Shown here piece by piece: positions 19,641-30,531 of a stretch of DNA of 64,000 bases. Within the stretch, counting starts at the first letter, position 1, and the number at the start of each line of letters is the position of its first letter. The position numbers were made by a program, and so were the translations under genes. The notes below the pieces were generated by a model. The model was not told the DNA's origin, did not search any database, and saw only the letters and a program-made list of their open reading frames with translations. The DNA is taken from assembly GCA_018238155.1 (NCBI GenBank), contig JABCTZ010000006.1, positions 1-64,000 of the forward strand, written 5' to 3'. This DNA is from Candidatus Heimdallarchaeota archaeon. Its GTDB lineage: Archaea; Asgardarchaeota; Heimdallarchaeia; JABLTI01.

Positions 19641-21287
19641 ATGACTGTTGTAAAAAAAGAGGAAGAAGAACAAGATGAATCTTCAGCTGTTGTTGAAGAG
19701 GAATATGAAACCAAAAAACAAACCCCTCGAAAAAAAGAATTGAAACAAGAAAAAGAAAAAGTGAAAGAGGATTCTGATACTGCTCAAGAAATGGTTGCTG
19801 AAGATAATCTTGAAGGAGAAGAACAAGAAAAATCTGAGGGAGAAGTATCGCCCAAATTTGATAAAGATGAGTATATCTATCAAAAATTAGTTAAGAAACG
19901 AAATCATGTTTATTCTTGTATAGCAAATGTTTTGAAAAATTACAATAGAAAAAAGGTCCTAGATGCTTTTATTCCTGAGCGGGAGAAATTGGCCTTGAAT
20001 CTTGCAACTATTCTAATGACAAAGGATGGATTATCTGCAAGTGATTTCAGCAATTTATTAACCTACAGCTCAGAAGGTAAACAGGATATGCTGACAACAA
20101 ATGAAATAATAGCTTTATCCGCAATTAATTTTCTTATTAATCAAGTTCATTTTCTATCCAAAGAAGGTGAAGGGAAATTGGCGTTTTCAAAAGAAGCAAA
20201 AAAACACTTGATGGAATTGGCTATAGACTGGGCAAAATTACGTGATCAAGCATTTATGTTCTCAAACGGCATGATAAAATTGGAATATGAATTACATGAA
20301 GAACTTCACTTTATCAAAACGGAATTATATCATGAAACCGAATTGAAATTGAAAAGTATTGGTATTTCTCAAGATACAGGAGCAACTACGAAACTTCGTG
20401 AATTGCGAGATCAAAGACGAAAAATATCTGATAGAACAATTCAAGAATTGAATGATATGGTACGTTCTTGGCATAGTGAGATTGCTTATTTAAGAAGAAT
20501 CACTGAATTCTATGCCTCAATGAGACAATTAACAGAAGAAGAAGTTGAAGCATTATCCATCTTGTTTGAAAACTTTGGTAGCTTGATGTCCTTATCTAAC
20601 TTAAAGAAACCATTTAAAGAAATGAAGATGTCAGTGATAGACGATTTACGCAACAAAAGCAAGAAACTCAATCCTTTAGAGGAGATGCGATTATTACTCT
20701 ATGAAACAATAATAAAGTTTCAACTTGGTAGAGAAAACGTCCCATATTTCCTTTGTAGAAAAATAACAAAAAATAAAGAGGATTACTTACAAATACAAAT
20801 TATATCCTTATTGTTATTTTCACGATTCTGTAACTCTTATAGTGAAACAACTAGAAGTAAAAAAGCACACGACCTTGAATTGATAACTTCTGAAATTGCA
20901 ACACTATCTGGTTGGGAAATTGTTGATCAGAATGTGGAAATTCTAAGTGAAGGAGACACCGTAACAGAAATTGATATTATTATTAAACGGAAAAAAACCA
21001 CCATTGTTATTGAAGTTAAAGATTTAGCATTATGGCGTGGCTGGTATTTTGATCGAGAGAGTTTAACTAAAAGATATGAGATTTTCAATATAGCAGCAAA
21101 GAAATTAAGGGAACGTCGACTATTACTAAAACTCCCTACAGCTAAATTACTAATTGTAACAGCTTTAAGTGAGCGTTGGAAAAAGGCTGATAATTTACCA
21201 ATTGTCCCTCTAAAATCATTTCATAAATACTTGAAGAAACTAAAAAGATTAGAAAATAAACGCTCAAGTAAACCTAAGAGAAGATAA
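19641..21287 (+). CDS. Hypothetical protein with C-terminal PD-(D/E)xK/NERD-like nuclease domain
   Basis: Acidic/charged N-terminus and C-terminal E...QNV...TEIDIII.....IVIEVKD. ORF open from TTG 19611. Confidence 0.7.
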   Translation: MTVVKKEEEEQDESSAVVEEEYETKKQTPRKKELKQEKEKVKEDSDTAQEMVAEDNLEGEEQEKSEGEVSPKFDKDEYIYQKLVKKRNHVYSCIANVLKNYNRKKVLDAFIPEREKLALNLATILMTKDGLSASDFSNLLTYSSEGKQDMLTTNEIIALSAINFLINQVHFLSKEGEGKLAFSKEAKKHLMELAIDWAKLRDQAFMFSNGMIKLEYELHEELHFIKTELYHETELKLKSIGISQDTGATTKLRELRDQRRKISDRTIQELNDMVRSWHSEIAYLRRITEFYASMRQLTEEEVEALSILFENFGSLMSLSNLKKPFKEMKMSVIDDLRNKSKKLNPLEEMRLLLYETIIKFQLGRENVPYFLCRKITKNKEDYLQIQIISLLLFSRFCNSYSETTRSKKAHDLELITSEIATLSGWEIVDQNVEILSEGDTVTEIDIIIKRKKTTIVIEVKDLALWRGWYFDRESLTKRYEIFNIAAKKLRERRLLLKLPTAKLLIVTALSERWKKADNLPIVPLKSFHKYLKKLKRLENKRSSKPKRR

Positions 21288-21293
21288 TTCTTC

Positions 21294-22028
21294 TCAATCT
21301 TTATTTTCTTGATTAGATTCGATTTTTATTGGTGTTTCAATGTTATTTTTATTATCAATACTTTGCATGAAATCGAATCTTCGGAGTAGATCGAAGAAGA
21401 TTAAAATCTCAATCATACATGCAAGAAAAGCAAGTGTTCGCATAATTGAAAACGCTACTATGCTAGATTCGTAATCAACTTGAAGAAGATTTAGAAAATT
21501 TGAAATTGGATAAATTAAGGCAAGAACACCAAATATGTAAGGGAATAAACTTTTACCTCTGCCGATATTTGCTCTGCTCTTTAATCTTCTTTGGAATATA
21601 TCAAAGACAATGAATACTATAATCAAAAGTAAACTTGTAATTAACTCAAAGGTATAAAACGTATTGTTCATGTAGTCTTCGATGGGAACAGGTATTAGTT
21701 GTGTAAATTTGAAGGAAATATAAGCAATTTTGATACACACGTAGGAGAAAAGAGCTCCTGAAGCAATAACTGCTAATTTGCTAATTTTAATATAATGAAT
21801 GCTTAACATCAACATTCCAGTTGCTAGAACACAAGCAAATAACGTAAAGAGAACATTAGTAATTATGTTTTCAATAAGGTTGAATTTTGTAGCACTTTTT
21901 TCAACAAAAGTAGTATTATATAGAACAAATCGAATCAAAGTCCAAGCAGTATCTATAACTATTAACGGGATAAGCATTTGAGTTCCGATTTTTGCAGTTC
22001 TTTGTGCGTATTTGAAATTGATCCCCAT
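21294..22028 (-). CDS. Polytopic membrane protein, function unknown
   Basis: About six hydrophobic segments. Confidence 0.75.
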   Translation of the reverse strand: MGINFKYAQRTAKIGTQMLIPLIVIDTAWTLIRFVLYNTTFVEKSATKFNLIENIITNVLFTLFACVLATGMLMLSIHYIKISKLAVIASGALFSYVCIKIAYISFKFTQLIPVPIEDYMNNTFYTFELITSLLLIIVFIVFDIFQRRLKSRANIGRGKSLFPYIFGVLALIYPISNFLNLLQVDYESSIVAFSIMRTLAFLACMIEILIFFDLLRRFDFMQSIDNKNNIETPIKIESNQENKD

Positions 22029-22396
22029 TAATATCTTCCACCGATGAGTTGTCTTTCAAAACTATGAAGATAATATTAGCAAAAGATTTCAAGTTTTAGT
22101 ACTATTAAAATGATTTGCCTAGTGGTAAAATTCTATCAATCTTTAACCGATTTTACTTTACTTTCTAATATACAATAACCAAAATTTCATTAGAAAGTTA
22201 ATTCCTCACATAAAAATAATTACTCACATAAATAGATATATTTAAAACGTTTGTTTTACTAAAGAGAATTAGTAAATAAGAATAACTTATCAGTCAGAAA
22301 TTTTCTCAATTGAAGATACATTAAAATAACACTTGGTAAGAAAACTACAAAATAACAGAGAAAAACTGATTAAATGAAATAGGAGTAAGAAACACT

Positions 22397-23131
22397 ATGA
22401 CTGATTCAAATAATAGTGAGAAACAAAAAAACAATCAAATCAATGATTCTAAGGAAGAACTCATTACTACAAATGACAATAAATTTGAAGCTCATACAAG
22501 AATTCAAGAAATTTTGAAAAAAATCGACGAAACTCCTAAAGCAAAAAAACTCCTAAAAGAATTTGATGGAAAATTCAAAGATATTAGCATTAAGGATATA
22601 CTAGAAACTGATGAAAAACTTTTGGAAGAACTTCTAAAGGTTAAAAAAGAACGAAAGGAATACTTAGAATCTCTACAAAGATTCAAAGCAGATTTTGAGA
22701 ACTACAAAAAACGTGCGCAAAAACAAGAGGAAAGCAATATTCGGTATTCATCTGAAAGAATACTTTCCAAAGTCTTTGAGCCAATTGATGACTTGGGCAG
22801 AATTATTGATTTTGCAATTAAAAATAGTGAAGAAAAAGTACCCTTGGATGGATTAGAAATTACCTACAAAAAACTGTTAAGAATTTTGGGAGAAGAAGAT
22901 GTTTCAATTATTGATCCTCAACCTGGTGATTCTTTTGATCCAATGTTCCACGAGGCAGTTTGTGTTGACAATTCTGATAAATTCCGTGCTAATGAAATTG
23001 CTCAGCAATTTGAGAAGGGTTACAAGATAAAGGACCGAGTTATTCGAGCCTCTAAGGTCATGGTCTCTTCAGAAGAAAAGATCGAAGAAAAGATCGAAGA
23101 AAAGAAACAAAACGAAACAAAAAAAGATTAG
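22397..23131 (+). CDS. grpE: Nucleotide exchange factor GrpE
   Basis: [23 protein letters not shown] and [26 protein letters not shown]. Confidence 0.95.
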   Translation: MTDSNNSEKQKNNQINDSKEELITTNDNKFEAHTRIQEILKKIDETPKAKKLLKEFDGKFKDISIKDILETDEKLLEELLKVKKERKEYLESLQRFKADFENYKKRAQKQEESNIRYSSERILSKVFEPIDDLGRIIDFAIKNSEEKVPLDGLEITYKKLLRILGEEDVSIIDPQPGDSFDPMFHEAVCVDNSDKFRANEIAQQFEKGYKIKDRVIRASKVMVSSEEKIEEKIEEKKQNETKKD

Positions 23132-23159
23132 AATAAAAAAAATAATTGGTGAAAATAAA

Positions 23160-25037
23160 ATGGCAAAAGTTGTAGGTATAGATTTAGGAACAACAAATTC
23201 AGCAATTGCATTTATGGAAGGAGGTAATCCAACTATCATTCCAAATGCAGAAGGAGGAAGAATTACTCCCTCAATTGTTACTATTACAAAAGATGGAGAA
23301 CAAATAGTAGGTGAAATTGCTAAACGACAAGCAATCTCCAAGCCTGAGAGAACAATTCGTTCTATAAAACGGAAGATGGGTTCAACTTACAAGGTAACTA
23401 TTGACAAAACATCTTATACCCCACAAGAAATCTCAGCTATGATTTTACGTAAATTGAAAAAAGATGCTGAAGACTATCTTGGAGAGGAAATAAAAGAGGT
23501 AGTTATTACTTGTCCAGCGTACTTTACCGATAGTCAGAGACAAGCTACTAAAGATGCTGGAAAAATCGCTGGTCTCGAAGTTTTAAGAATCATTAATGAA
23601 CCAACATCAGCATGTCTTGCGTATGGTGTTGGAAAGAATAAAGAAGAAACAATTCTCGTTTTTGATCTTGGTGGTGGAACATTTGATGTTTCAATTCTTG
23701 AAACTGCTGAAGGACTTTTTGAAGTAAAAGCAACCAGTGGAAATACGCTCCTAGGTGGAGATGATTTTGATGATCGCATTATGAAAGCGGTATATGATTA
23801 TTTCAAAAAAGAAGCAGGAGTTGATTTGACTAAAGATGCTTCTGCTATTCAAAGAGTAAAAGAAGCCTCTGAAAAAGCTAAGATTGAGCTTTCCACTAAG
23901 CAAAGAGCAACAATTGATATTCCTTACATCACTGTCGATAAAAATGGCAAACCAAAGAATCTCAATTATGAAATTACAAGAGCACAATTCCAGGGAATGA
24001 CTGCAGATCTAGTAGAAAAAACCATGGGACCAACTCGACAAGCAATGAAAGATTCCAAGAAAAAACCTGCAGACATTGACAAAGTTCTGCTTGTAGGTGG
24101 CGCAACAAGAATGCCTGCAATCAGAGAGGAAATCGCTAAAATGTTTGGTGAAGAGAAAATCTTCAAAGGAATTAATCCTGATGAATGTGTTGCAGTAGGT
24201 GCAGCAATTCAAGCTGGCGTTATTAAAGGCGATGTAAAAGATGTTTTACTTTTAGATGTAACTCCATTATCATTAGGAATTGAAACCTTGGGACAAGTTT
24301 ACACTCCAATGGTTGATAGAAATACTACTATTCCTACAAGCAAGAGTCAAATTTTCTCAACTGCAGCCGAAAATCAACCAAGTGTTGAAATTCATGTGCT
24401 ACAGGGAGAACGAAAATTTGTTAAGGACAACAAAACCTTAGGGAAATTCCAATTAGTTGGCATTCCTCCTGCTCCAAGAGGCGTTCCACAAATTGAAGTA
24501 ACTTTTGATATTGATGTCAATGGCATTGTCTCAGTGAAAGCAAAAGACATGGGTACTGGAAATGAACAAAAGGTAACAGTAACTTCCCCAAGTGGAATTC
24601 ATAAAGATGATATTGAGCGAATGGTTAAAGATGCAGAACAATATGAAGCTGAAGATCAAATACGCTTAGATGCTGTGCAATTAAAGAACGAAGCTGATGC
24701 TCTTGTTTATGGTGTAGATAAAACTCTCAAAGATCTGGAAGGAAAAATCAGTGAAGATGAAGTGAGCCAAATCAAAGAAAAACAAGAAGAATTAAAGCAG
24801 GCACTGACCACTGATAACATCGATCAAATTAAACAGAAGAAAGATGCTTTGATGGAAACATTGAATGAAATCGTTTCAAAAGTTTACCAGCAAGCAGGTG
24901 GACAACCTGGAGCAGCTGGATTTGATCCAAGTCAATTTGCTAAAGATGCCGGCGCATCCTTTACTCCTCCTGGCACCTCAGCAGAACCTGAACATGTAGT
25001 TGATGTTGATTACGAAGTCACAGATGATGACGAATAG
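23160..25037 (+). CDS. dnaK: Chaperone DnaK (Hsp70)
   Basis: [39 protein letters not shown] and [11 protein letters not shown]. Confidence 0.98.
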   Translation: MAKVVGIDLGTTNSAIAFMEGGNPTIIPNAEGGRITPSIVTITKDGEQIVGEIAKRQAISKPERTIRSIKRKMGSTYKVTIDKTSYTPQEISAMILRKLKKDAEDYLGEEIKEVVITCPAYFTDSQRQATKDAGKIAGLEVLRIINEPTSACLAYGVGKNKEETILVFDLGGGTFDVSILETAEGLFEVKATSGNTLLGGDDFDDRIMKAVYDYFKKEAGVDLTKDASAIQRVKEASEKAKIELSTKQRATIDIPYITVDKNGKPKNLNYEITRAQFQGMTADLVEKTMGPTRQAMKDSKKKPADIDKVLLVGGATRMPAIREEIAKMFGEEKIFKGINPDECVAVGAAIQAGVIKGDVKDVLLLDVTPLSLGIETLGQVYTPMVDRNTTIPTSKSQIFSTAAENQPSVEIHVLQGERKFVKDNKTLGKFQLVGIPPAPRGVPQIEVTFDIDVNGIVSVKAKDMGTGNEQKVTVTSPSGIHKDDIERMVKDAEQYEAEDQIRLDAVQLKNEADALVYGVDKTLKDLEGKISEDEVSQIKEKQEELKQALTTDNIDQIKQKKDALMETLNEIVSKVYQQAGGQPGAAGFDPSQFAKDAGASFTPPGTSAEPEHVVDVDYEVTDDDE

Positions 25038-25046
25038 AAATAATTT

Positions 25047-25066
25047 TGGAAGTAGAACTACTTCCA
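25047..25066. terminator. Inverted repeat between convergent dnaK and pyrK
   Basis: TGGAAGTAG-aa-CTACTTCCA followed by a T-rich tract. Confidence 0.5.
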
Positions 25067-25127
25067 TACAATTCTTTTTTATTATCTTTTTTTTAGAAAA
25101 TAATGATAGTTAGTGTTCACTTTGAAA

Positions 25128-25982
25128 TTACAGTGGAACTTTCTTACCATATTTATCTCGACCAAATTTTCCGAAATCAGATACCTTTTGAAGCTGATCT
25201 TGATTTAAAACAGGACCATCTATACATAACCGTAAACCGAGAGGATCTACAGTACATTGTCCACATAATCCTATTGCACATTTGAAATAACGATCGGCTA
25301 AACAAGCTTGAAATGGGATATTTCTTGCTTCTGTAATTTTGAATGCAGAGCACATCATTAATTCTGGTCCACAAGAATAAACATTATCGTATATTGCTCC
25401 TTCATCAAAACTTGATTCAAAACAACTGGTAGAAAAGCCTTCATATCCACATGATCCGTCATCAGTGCTTGGTTTATAGGTAAAGTTAGTATTTTTGTTT
25501 TCTAATTTTTCAAAATACTCTTTGTAAGCTAGTTCCTCTACAGCTCTTGCACCATGAAACAAAGTTACTTCTAGCTTATTGCTAAGAGCTTCTTTTACAA
25601 GAAATTTTGTTGGAGCTATTCCGGTGCCACCTCCAATAATGGCTACTTTTTTAGCTTTGAGAATGAAACCTTTGCCATATGGTCCTCGTATTCCTAAAAG
25701 ATCACCCTTTTTTAATCTATGAATTGCTTCAGTTGCTTTCCCTATTTTAGCAACAGCAAAAGATAAGGTTCCTTTAATAGGATTACAACCAGCTATTCCC
25801 ATTGGTTTTTCATCTACTCCATAAAGCCATAACATTGCAAATTGTCCGGGTGAAGCGAATTTAGCTATTTCAGGAATAGTTAAAGTGATTGATTTTATTG
25901 GCACCCTACAATCTTCTGGTGTAAGGTTGGTAATTTCATTAATAGGAGCAACTTTCAGTGATCCAAGTTTCTGTATCGTCAT
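25128..25982 (-). CDS. pyrK: Dihydroorotate dehydrogenase electron transfer subunit
   Basis: PGQFAMLW, IRGPYGKGF, GGGTGIAP, CGPELMM and CAIGLCGQC...CIDGPV. Confidence 0.93.
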   Translation of the reverse strand: MTIQKLGSLKVAPINEITNLTPEDCRVPIKSITLTIPEIAKFASPGQFAMLWLYGVDEKPMGIAGCNPIKGTLSFAVAKIGKATEAIHRLKKGDLLGIRGPYGKGFILKAKKVAIIGGGTGIAPTKFLVKEALSNKLEVTLFHGARAVEELAYKEYFEKLENKNTNFTYKPSTDDGSCGYEGFSTSCFESSFDEGAIYDNVYSCGPELMMCSAFKITEARNIPFQACLADRYFKCAIGLCGQCTVDPLGLRLCIDGPVLNQDQLQKVSDFGKFGRDKYGKKVPL

Positions 25983-25999
25983 TTTTTTTTCTCCCTGAA

Positions 26000-26929
26000 C
26001 TAATCGGTGTGTGCAAGTCCTATTAGATCTGAAGCTTTCTTGAACCCTTCAGTTCTCAAATATTGTCGTAATCCTTCTGCTAAATCATTGAATATTGATA
26101 TCTTCAGTGGATCTTGACAATATGCTAATGCTGTTCCTATTTGAACTGCAGAGGCACCTGCTAGCATAAATTCAACAACATCTTCCCATTTTGAAACTCC
26201 ACCTACACCAACTATTGGTATTTTTTCTCCGAAAGCTGAATAAAGATCAAAGATGCATTTCATAGCAATAGGTTTCACTGCAGTACCAGATAGTCCGCCA
26301 AATTTATTGGCAAGAATTGGTTTCCGGTATTTAATATCAATAGCCATCGCTCGAACAGTATTGATAACAACTAAGGCATCTGCACCACCATCAATTGCTG
26401 CTTGAGCTGGTATTGTAAGATCCGTTAAATTAGGAGAAATTTTAACCAAGATTGGTTTTGAAACAACCTCTTTGACTTTTTGAGTAATTTCCTTAACCAT
26501 ATCAGGATCTTGACCAATTATTGCTCCATAACGACCTCCATGTGGGCATGAAATATTCAATTCATAAGCATCTGGATTTCCTTTGGAAAGTGTTTTAGCT
26601 ACTTGAACAAATTCAGTAGCTGTCTTCCCAAAAATACTTGCTATTATTGGTACATTAGTACGATTCTTTGTTTCTTTAATTTCCTCATGAAAGGCATCGC
26701 AACCCGGATTTGGTAATCCCATAGCATTTAGTAGCGACCCATTACCTAATTCAACAACAGTTGGGTTAACATAACCCGATTTTGGTTCGGGTCCAATAGA
26801 CTTTGTAACAATAGCTCCACAACCCATTTCAGCAATGCGGGTCATTACAGAAGCTGTTACACCTAAAACACCAGAAGCTAGCATGAAGGGATTATTCATC
26901 TTAATATTGGAAAGGGTTGTTTTAATCAA
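26000..26929 (-). CDS. pyrD: Dihydroorotate dehydrogenase (family 1B catalytic subunit)
   Basis: NPFMLASG, VTKS, NAMGLPNPG, ELNISCPH, VKISPN, INT, GGLSG and GASAVQIGTA. Confidence 0.95.
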   Translation of the reverse strand: MIKTTLSNIKMNNPFMLASGVLGVTASVMTRIAEMGCGAIVTKSIGPEPKSGYVNPTVVELGNGSLLNAMGLPNPGCDAFHEEIKETKNRTNVPIIASIFGKTATEFVQVAKTLSKGNPDAYELNISCPHGGRYGAIIGQDPDMVKEITQKVKEVVSKPILVKISPNLTDLTIPAQAAIDGGADALVVINTVRAMAIDIKYRKPILANKFGGLSGTAVKPIAMKCIFDLYSAFGEKIPIVGVGGVSKWEDVVEFMLAGASAVQIGTALAYCQDPLKISIFNDLAEGLRQYLRTEGFKKASDLIGLAHTD

Positions 26930-27034
26930 CTACTAGTATCTCCTCTATAGAGAATTAAGCTCAACATTTAAAAAAATATTTGCGAGAAAATGAAAGAGAA
27001 AAAAAGAGAAAAGATGGTTGGAAAAACAATTACC

Positions 27035-28177
27035 TTAAGCAGATGTAACAGTTTGCCAAACATAGATATTATCATAATATGAATCATCATTTGCAAAACT
27101 CACAAAACCGATGAAACCGTGAGAGAGTTGACTGTCTGCCCATGATAAAGTTGCTGTCTCAGAGTTATCAATAAATAGAGCACCATTTGATCCATCTGCA
27201 ACAATTCTCCAAGAATACCAAACATTATTTGTTCTAGTCCAATCTGCTTCAGCAATTTTATACCAATTGAATCCATCTGCATCTCCTTCAACATAGTGAA
27301 TGGTAATTTTGTTTTCAACAATAATATCTCCTGGAGTTGCCCAATCAAAGTAGTCATGTCCGCCATCATGTGATGGGTTAGACGCGCCCGGATGGTTTCG
27401 TGTAAACCAAACACAGTAGAAATTTGGATAAGTACCTGAATCATCAAAACGATAAATGATTCCATTAGCATCATCGTCACCTGTTCGAAGATCATAAGTA
27501 ATATTGACATCATAGAAGTCGCGTAAAGGATCTTCTAAGACAATGAATTGACAATCGTTATTCGTACATTCAGCAAAATGATTTCCACCTTGCTCAGAAA
27601 TTTTCCAATCAGCAATTGTGTGTGTTCCACCACCATGAGTAGCCATAAGATAATGTGTCCATTCATTTAGGTCAATTGCAGATTCAAAATTATTTTCATA
27701 TTGCAAAACAAAATGACTGAATTTAGCAGAAACTTTGATTTCTATTTCTATTGTACTATCTTTGTCATATGCAAATGTAAATACCGCAAGCTCTCCATAT
27801 CCGAATTCATGTACAGCATCTGCCGCAGAACATTTAACATCAACACTTGACCCTTGAACAATTGAGTAAGCCTCAGTTTTCAAAGTCCAATTAACCGTTA
27901 CACCATTTTTAGTGACAACAACTTCACTAATTATTGCTTCAGCAGTACCAATGTTGTTAATTGAAACTGTTAAGGAATCTGCAAATGGAGTAGCATCTTT
28001 ATTCTCTAAATCATAATCCATAACAATGAGCTGACCATCCCCTTTAAGTAAGGGTACGACAACAAAATAGACAATAGCTGCAGCAGTCACAGTAAGTGCT
28101 ATTAATAATATCGTAGCAATTACAGGAGAAACTGCTTTTCTTCTTGCCCATAGACTTTTTACTTTGTTTGATATCAT
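27035..28177 (-). CDS. Archaeal type IV pilin-like protein (class III signal) with C-terminal concanavalin/TSP_C-like domain
   Basis: RRKA|VSPVIATILLIALTV prepilin motif, then an Ig-like stretch (NNIGT), then GDDDANGIIYRF...FYCVWF and GFIGF...YYDNIYV. Confidence 0.85.
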   Translation of the reverse strand: MISNKVKSLWARRKAVSPVIATILLIALTVTAAAIVYFVVVPLLKGDGQLIVMDYDLENKDATPFADSLTVSINNIGTAEAIISEVVVTKNGVTVNWTLKTEAYSIVQGSSVDVKCSAADAVHEFGYGELAVFTFAYDKDSTIEIEIKVSAKFSHFVLQYENNFESAIDLNEWTHYLMATHGGGTHTIADWKISEQGGNHFAECTNNDCQFIVLEDPLRDFYDVNITYDLRTGDDDANGIIYRFDDSGTYPNFYCVWFTRNHPGASNPSHDGGHDYFDWATPGDIIVENKITIHYVEGDADGFNWYKIAEADWTRTNNVWYSWRIVADGSNGALFIDNSETATLSWADSQLSHGFIGFVSFANDDSYYDNIYVWQTVTSA

Positions 28178-28342
28178 AATTGAACCTCAATAAAGAAATT
28201 TCGTTCTAATGTTCTTAAATTATGAATAAAAAACTATTTTTTAAGGCAAATTCGACTGAAAGAACACAATTTGGATGAAACATCAAAGGTAAACTGATTA
28301 TCTAAATTAAGTCGTTTGTTACGTTACAATAAAATATCTATA

Positions 28343-29164
28343 TTATGCTATTTTGTTAGCAATGTTAAGGGATTGCTGAACACCTTTTTTTGGGATAATC
28401 ACTTTTACCTCTGGAAAATGTTTCTCCATTTTTTGGAGAAAGTCATCTAAATTAACCTCATATGTTATGGGCGGGAATGTATCATCAATATGATGAAGCA
28501 TAATTGCTTTTGGTTTAAATGAGCGAATAACTTTCATGGTTTTTGGGATAATCCTTGAGCTACCCATTAACGGAAGTAATAAGAGATTTGTTGAAGATGA
28601 CCTAAACGTTTTAAGCTCATTTCTAGTTGTTCCCGCTGATCCCCAGTGATGCAAAACAAAGAGCTCATTATTATCTTCGTCACAATTGCTAATTCTAAAA
28701 CTAAAAACAGATCTTTTTGGATATTTTTTACTCAAAGTTAAAAATGGTTTCATTTCTCGAAGGAGGCCAATTTTCTTCTTTAATTGTCTCAAGATAAGTA
28801 ATGCATCTATATGAACGTGTGCAGATTTAATTGGTTTAACAGTTATTGACCCGAAACGGAAAAGCATACCTTTTTCTAAAACTCTCAGTTTTTGAGTAGG
28901 AACACCTAAATTTGTGAGATCTTTAGCAGTTTTTTTGGAACAATGAACTAGTATATCTCTCGAAGCAACTATTTCTGGAACAGAAAGAGAATGATCAAAA
29001 TGTCCATGAGTAAGAAAAATTGCTTCTGATTTGTCTGCAAATTTATTGATTATTGTTTTTTCAGAGGATAAAGCGGGATTCATAGGAAAAAAGGGATCAA
29101 TAAGGATTCCGTTTTCAGCTGCTGAAATGTGAAATCCTGCGGTACCCAACCAAGTGATCTTCAT
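28343..29164 (-). CDS. MBL-fold metallo-hydrolase (UlaG-like)
   Basis: ITWLGTAGF, ILIDPF and THGHFDH. Confidence 0.85.
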   Translation of the reverse strand: MKITWLGTAGFHISAAENGILIDPFFPMNPALSSEKTIINKFADKSEAIFLTHGHFDHSLSVPEIVASRDILVHCSKKTAKDLTNLGVPTQKLRVLEKGMLFRFGSITVKPIKSAHVHIDALLILRQLKKKIGLLREMKPFLTLSKKYPKRSVFSFRISNCDEDNNELFVLHHWGSAGTTRNELKTFRSSSTNLLLLPLMGSSRIIPKTMKVIRSFKPKAIMLHHIDDTFPPITYEVNLDDFLQKMEKHFPEVKVIIPKKGVQQSLNIANKIA

Positions 29165-29194
29165 AAAATTATTCCTTCAATTTTTGTTAAAAGA

Positions 29195-30139
29195 TTATTT
29201 CTTCTCTGCCTTTATATTTTTTTTCTCATCAAAGTAGAGGAGGTAATTTTCACCTAAAATGAATTTTATTTGATTATGTAATTCCGTATTTCTTTCTTTA
29301 AGCCAGCGGAGAGCATGTTTAAGAGTCCAAATTAGATAGAAATTTTCTGCTCCTAACTCTTTTTTGGTTTTTGAGGATAAATTATCAGTCACTGTAATTT
29401 CGGCTTCTTTAATCCATTCTCTTACTAAAGTTAGAATTTTCTCAGGCATATATTTCGTTAAATCTTTTAGATTGTTACCCACTGATTTTCTTACGTAAAT
29501 AGAAGAGTCAGCTTTGTTTAAGGCCAAAATCTCTAAAATACAATCGTTTTTCTTGGGATCCCTTAACCATTTTATGTCAGCAAGGGGACGTAAACTTTCA
29601 ATAGACAATCTCCTCAAATTGTCACTTTCTGATGTAGACCACTCTTTGAGAATTGCTAGAGATTTTATTGGAAAAACTTTCAAACCTTTTCTAATCACTT
29701 GTCCACTCATTTCTCTTATTTCCCAATGTGGATGCTCTGCCCAGATCTTTGTTTGGAGCATGGCTTTTTGAAAATTCTCTTCAGAAAAAGTTGCAAGTTC
29801 ACCCATTAAGGCTATAGCATAATTCTTCATATGGTTGTTCCGATTAGAATCTGGATGTGCAAAAAGAGCAGCTATGAATGCAAAGGAATCAATATGTTGA
29901 ACTTTGTGTAAATAATTCCCCGAAACCTCAGCAACAATCTTTGATATGTAAACGCTTCCTTTGCCTATCCGCTCTCTCTCAGGAATTAAATTATATTCCT
30001 TTTCTAAAAAAGATTCAATCTTCATGAGATTTTTATTTAACACAATGGTTTGGCAAATTTTTTCATTATTCAGAAATTTCATTGTTCTTTCTGTTATTTT
30101 CCCTTTAGAGCTAATTGATACCACTAGAAGACATCTCAC
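29195..30139 (-). CDS. HEAT-repeat DNA alkylation repair protein (AlkC/AlkD-like)
   Basis: WAEHPHWEIRE, WSTSESDNLRRLSIESLRP, DSSIYVRKSVGNNLKD and KHALRWL. Start uncertain. Confidence 0.82.
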   Translation of the reverse strand: MRCLLVVSISSKGKITERTMKFLNNEKICQTIVLNKNLMKIESFLEKEYNLIPERERIGKGSVYISKIVAEVSGNYLHKVQHIDSFAFIAALFAHPDSNRNNHMKNYAIALMGELATFSEENFQKAMLQTKIWAEHPHWEIREMSGQVIRKGLKVFPIKSLAILKEWSTSESDNLRRLSIESLRPLADIKWLRDPKKNDCILEILALNKADSSIYVRKSVGNNLKDLTKYMPEKILTLVREWIKEAEITVTDNLSSKTKKELGAENFYLIWTLKHALRWLKERNTELHNQIKFILGENYLLYFDEKKNIKAEKK

Positions 30140-30531
30140 AATATTTCTAATTAAGATAGTTCATATAAACTTGACTTTCAATTAAAAATATTCTGAATAA
30201 TTTTTTTCTATGAGATGTTAATGGACATCACAGAAAGAATCCAAAGAGCACTTCAATATCTGTGTAATGAATAAACAGAAATAGTCTCAAGGGACTGCTA
30301 AATTTTTGCTATTCCGATAGCTTCTGTTCCAGTTAATCTTTTTGAGGTTTCCAAAATAAGCAATTTAGATTTGGAGAGTCAATAAGCAGTATGGTTATTA
30401 TTTTGAATGAAAAATAGAGGAAACCATTCTTACTTCATTATTTGTAGTGTATTCAAAAAAAATAAAAAAGATTCGTAAGATAACAAAAAAATAAATTAAA
30501 TATTCTTTTAAAAACAAGAATGAAAAAAGCT

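Noticed and set aside
22029-22396. CIRCE element upstream of grpE
   Set aside because: No TTAGCACTC-N9-GAGTGCTAA match.
23072-23105. 12-bp tandem repeat gaagaaaagatc
   Set aside because: Simple slippage repeat encoding EEKI in the disordered GrpE tail.
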